Below are positions 62,354-64,000 of a stretch of 64,000 bases of DNA, piece after piece (the first letter of the stretch is position 1; every line of letters begins with the position of its first letter). This DNA comes from Felis catus (lineage: Eukaryota). The stretch spans positions 2,108,001 to 2,172,000 of the forward strand of contig NC_058368.1 of NCBI RefSeq assembly GCF_018350175.1. The letters are read 5' to 3'. The notes under the pieces are model-generated. The model did not search any database. It was not told the origin of the DNA and saw only the letters and a program-made list of their open reading frames with translations. The position numbers and the translations under genes were made by a program.

Positions 62354-62438
62354 CATGCACATGCATGTCATTTTCCATCATTAAGTATTTTTAAAACATT
62401 CTTTTTATGTTCTTATCTGTGCTTTAACACATATGTTA

Positions 62439-63494
62439 GGGGTGCCTGGGTGGCTCAGTGGGTTCAGCATCCAACTCTTCTTTCGGCTCAGGTCATGATC
62501 TCATGGTTCGTGAGTTTGAGTCCCGTATCCGGCTTTGCACTGTCAGTGCGGAGCCTGCTTTGGATTCTCTCTTTCCCCCGGCCCTCTCCCACTCTCTCTC
62601 TCAAAATAAATAAATATTTTAAAAAATAATAAAAACATACGCTAGTTACAGAACACCATACACAGCCTAGTGTAGTTTGCTTCTATGCTACCACTTGACA
62701 TCTAGATTTTTCCCATGCTTTGCTCTTATAAATAATGCTGTTCCTTCCTCTATAAACTCCTTGTTATAATTCTTTGTGCCAATGTACCTTAGAGTAAATT
62801 CTGAGACACGGTTAAAGGGCATGGAAATTTTAAAGCTTTTGCCAAATGCTACCAAATTCCCCTAAATTCCCCTCTAGAAATATGTAAATGTACTCTTAAA
62901 GGCTGCAGTAGTCTAAGTGGTTTTTTTTCCTTTTTAACTGAAGTATAGTTGACAGACAATATTAAAACAGACTGCGTCTAGAAATAGTAGCGTATATAGG
63001 TCATCAGGAAAAAAATCAGAGCTTTCAAGGTTATGGAAACGTACCAAAGCTATACTGTTCTTTGTAGAAGGAATTTTCAAACCAGGAGTGCAGAACGTGG
63101 GTGCCAAGGGGGAATCTGTATAGTCGCCATCTAAGAGACACAAACAATGGCATGAAAATATACATTTGAAAATAAAGTTGAGGGGCACCTGGGTGGCTCA
63201 GTCGGTTGGGCGGCTGACTTCGGTTCAGGTCATGATCTCAACTTGTGAGTTCGAGCCCCATGTCAGGGCTCTCTCAACTATTTAAAAAAAATTTTTTTTA
63301 ATGTTTATTTATTTTTCAGAGACAGAGTGCGAGCAGGGGAGGGGCAGAGAGAGAGGGAGACACAGAATCCGAAGCAGGCTCCAGGCTCTGAGCTGTCAGC
63401 ACAGAGCCTGACATGGGTCTCAAACCCACGAACCGAAAGATTATGACTTGAGCCGAAGTCAGATGCTTAACCGACTGGGCCACCCAGGCATCCC
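62439..63494. mobile_element. CAN-SINEs flanking the SKA3 86-nt exon: (+) 62439-62635, truncated (+) 63182-63270, (-) 63285-63494
   Basis: SINE consensus features; the span is a grouping. Confidence 0.88.
63045..63130 (-). CDS. SKA3: SKA3 internal coding exon (86 nt; spindle and kinetochore-associated protein 3)
   Basis: Minus strand tctcttag|AT GGC GAC...; (D)GDYTDSPLAPTFCTPGLKIPSTKNSIAL resembles human SKA3; donor TTG|GTACGT. Confidence 0.93.
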
Positions 63495-63734
63495 AAGATT
63501 TCAACTTTTACGTTCTAGTCAATATAATTTGTGTACTTTATGTTTAAGAACTCAAGAAATTAGCTACAGTGTGTGCTTGACTAGATAGGAAGAAACAAAG
63601 CTTCATATTCGCTTATCATCGGCACTAATAAAAGTTCAGCAAGGCTGCAAGGTATAAGGGCAATATACAAAAACAAAAATCAGTAGCTCTACCAAAAGAG
63701 CAACAAGCAATTAAAAATATAATTTGATAGATCT

Positions 63735-63873
63735 TTTTCTTAATATGAAATTTATTGTCAAATTGGTTTCCATACAACACCCAGTGCTCATCCCAACAGG
63801 TGCCCTCCTCAATGCCCGTCACCCACTTTCCCCTCCCACCCACCCACCCACCCACCCATCAACCCTCAGTTTA
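63735..63873 (-). mobile_element. Short felid L1 3' end inside an older (+) L1 fragment (about 63625-63965)
   Basis: tttattgtcaaattggtttccatacaacacccagtgctc...catcaaccctcagttt. Confidence 0.85.
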
Positions 63874-64000
63874 TGAGAGAAGACATTTTTTACAACAGCA
63901 ACAAAGAAGACAAGACGCCTACAGGTAACTCTATCAAAATCTGTATGAACTTTCTGGAGAAGATCAAATTTCTAAAGAAGAAAAGAGGGAAGGAAGAGGA

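Overview
This is mammalian (felid, probably cat) genomic DNA, judged by abundant felid-type tRNA-derived CAN-SINEs and carnivore/felid L1 3' ends. Two protein-coding genes are firmly recognisable: the complete 4-exon SAP18 gene (+, 46180-51974, 172 aa) and the 3' part of SKA3 (-, three coding exons plus a terminal exon, about 57180-63130), arranged tail-to-tail. The first 45 kb is mostly transposon debris (L1, L2, MIR, SINEs, Tigger, MER5A, MaLR/ERVL LTRs, a gammaretroviral-type solo LTR). The repeat-free gaps there contain a chain of minus-strand AG...GT-bounded blocks with protein-like but stop-disrupted translations and several phase-compatible junctions. I infer a decayed multi-exon gene (candidate unitary pseudogene) head-to-head with SAP18, but I cannot name its family. 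Other notable items: a solo LTR inserted in a SINE that carries much older MER5A host DNA, a Tigger1 relic with strongly AT-to-GC-biased substitutions, orphan CpG-rich islands, and splice-created stop codons in SAP18 and SKA3. No prokaryotic-type system, CRISPR array, rRNA or genuine tRNA gene is present. Repeat family names come from recalled consensus sequences and their boundaries are approximate.
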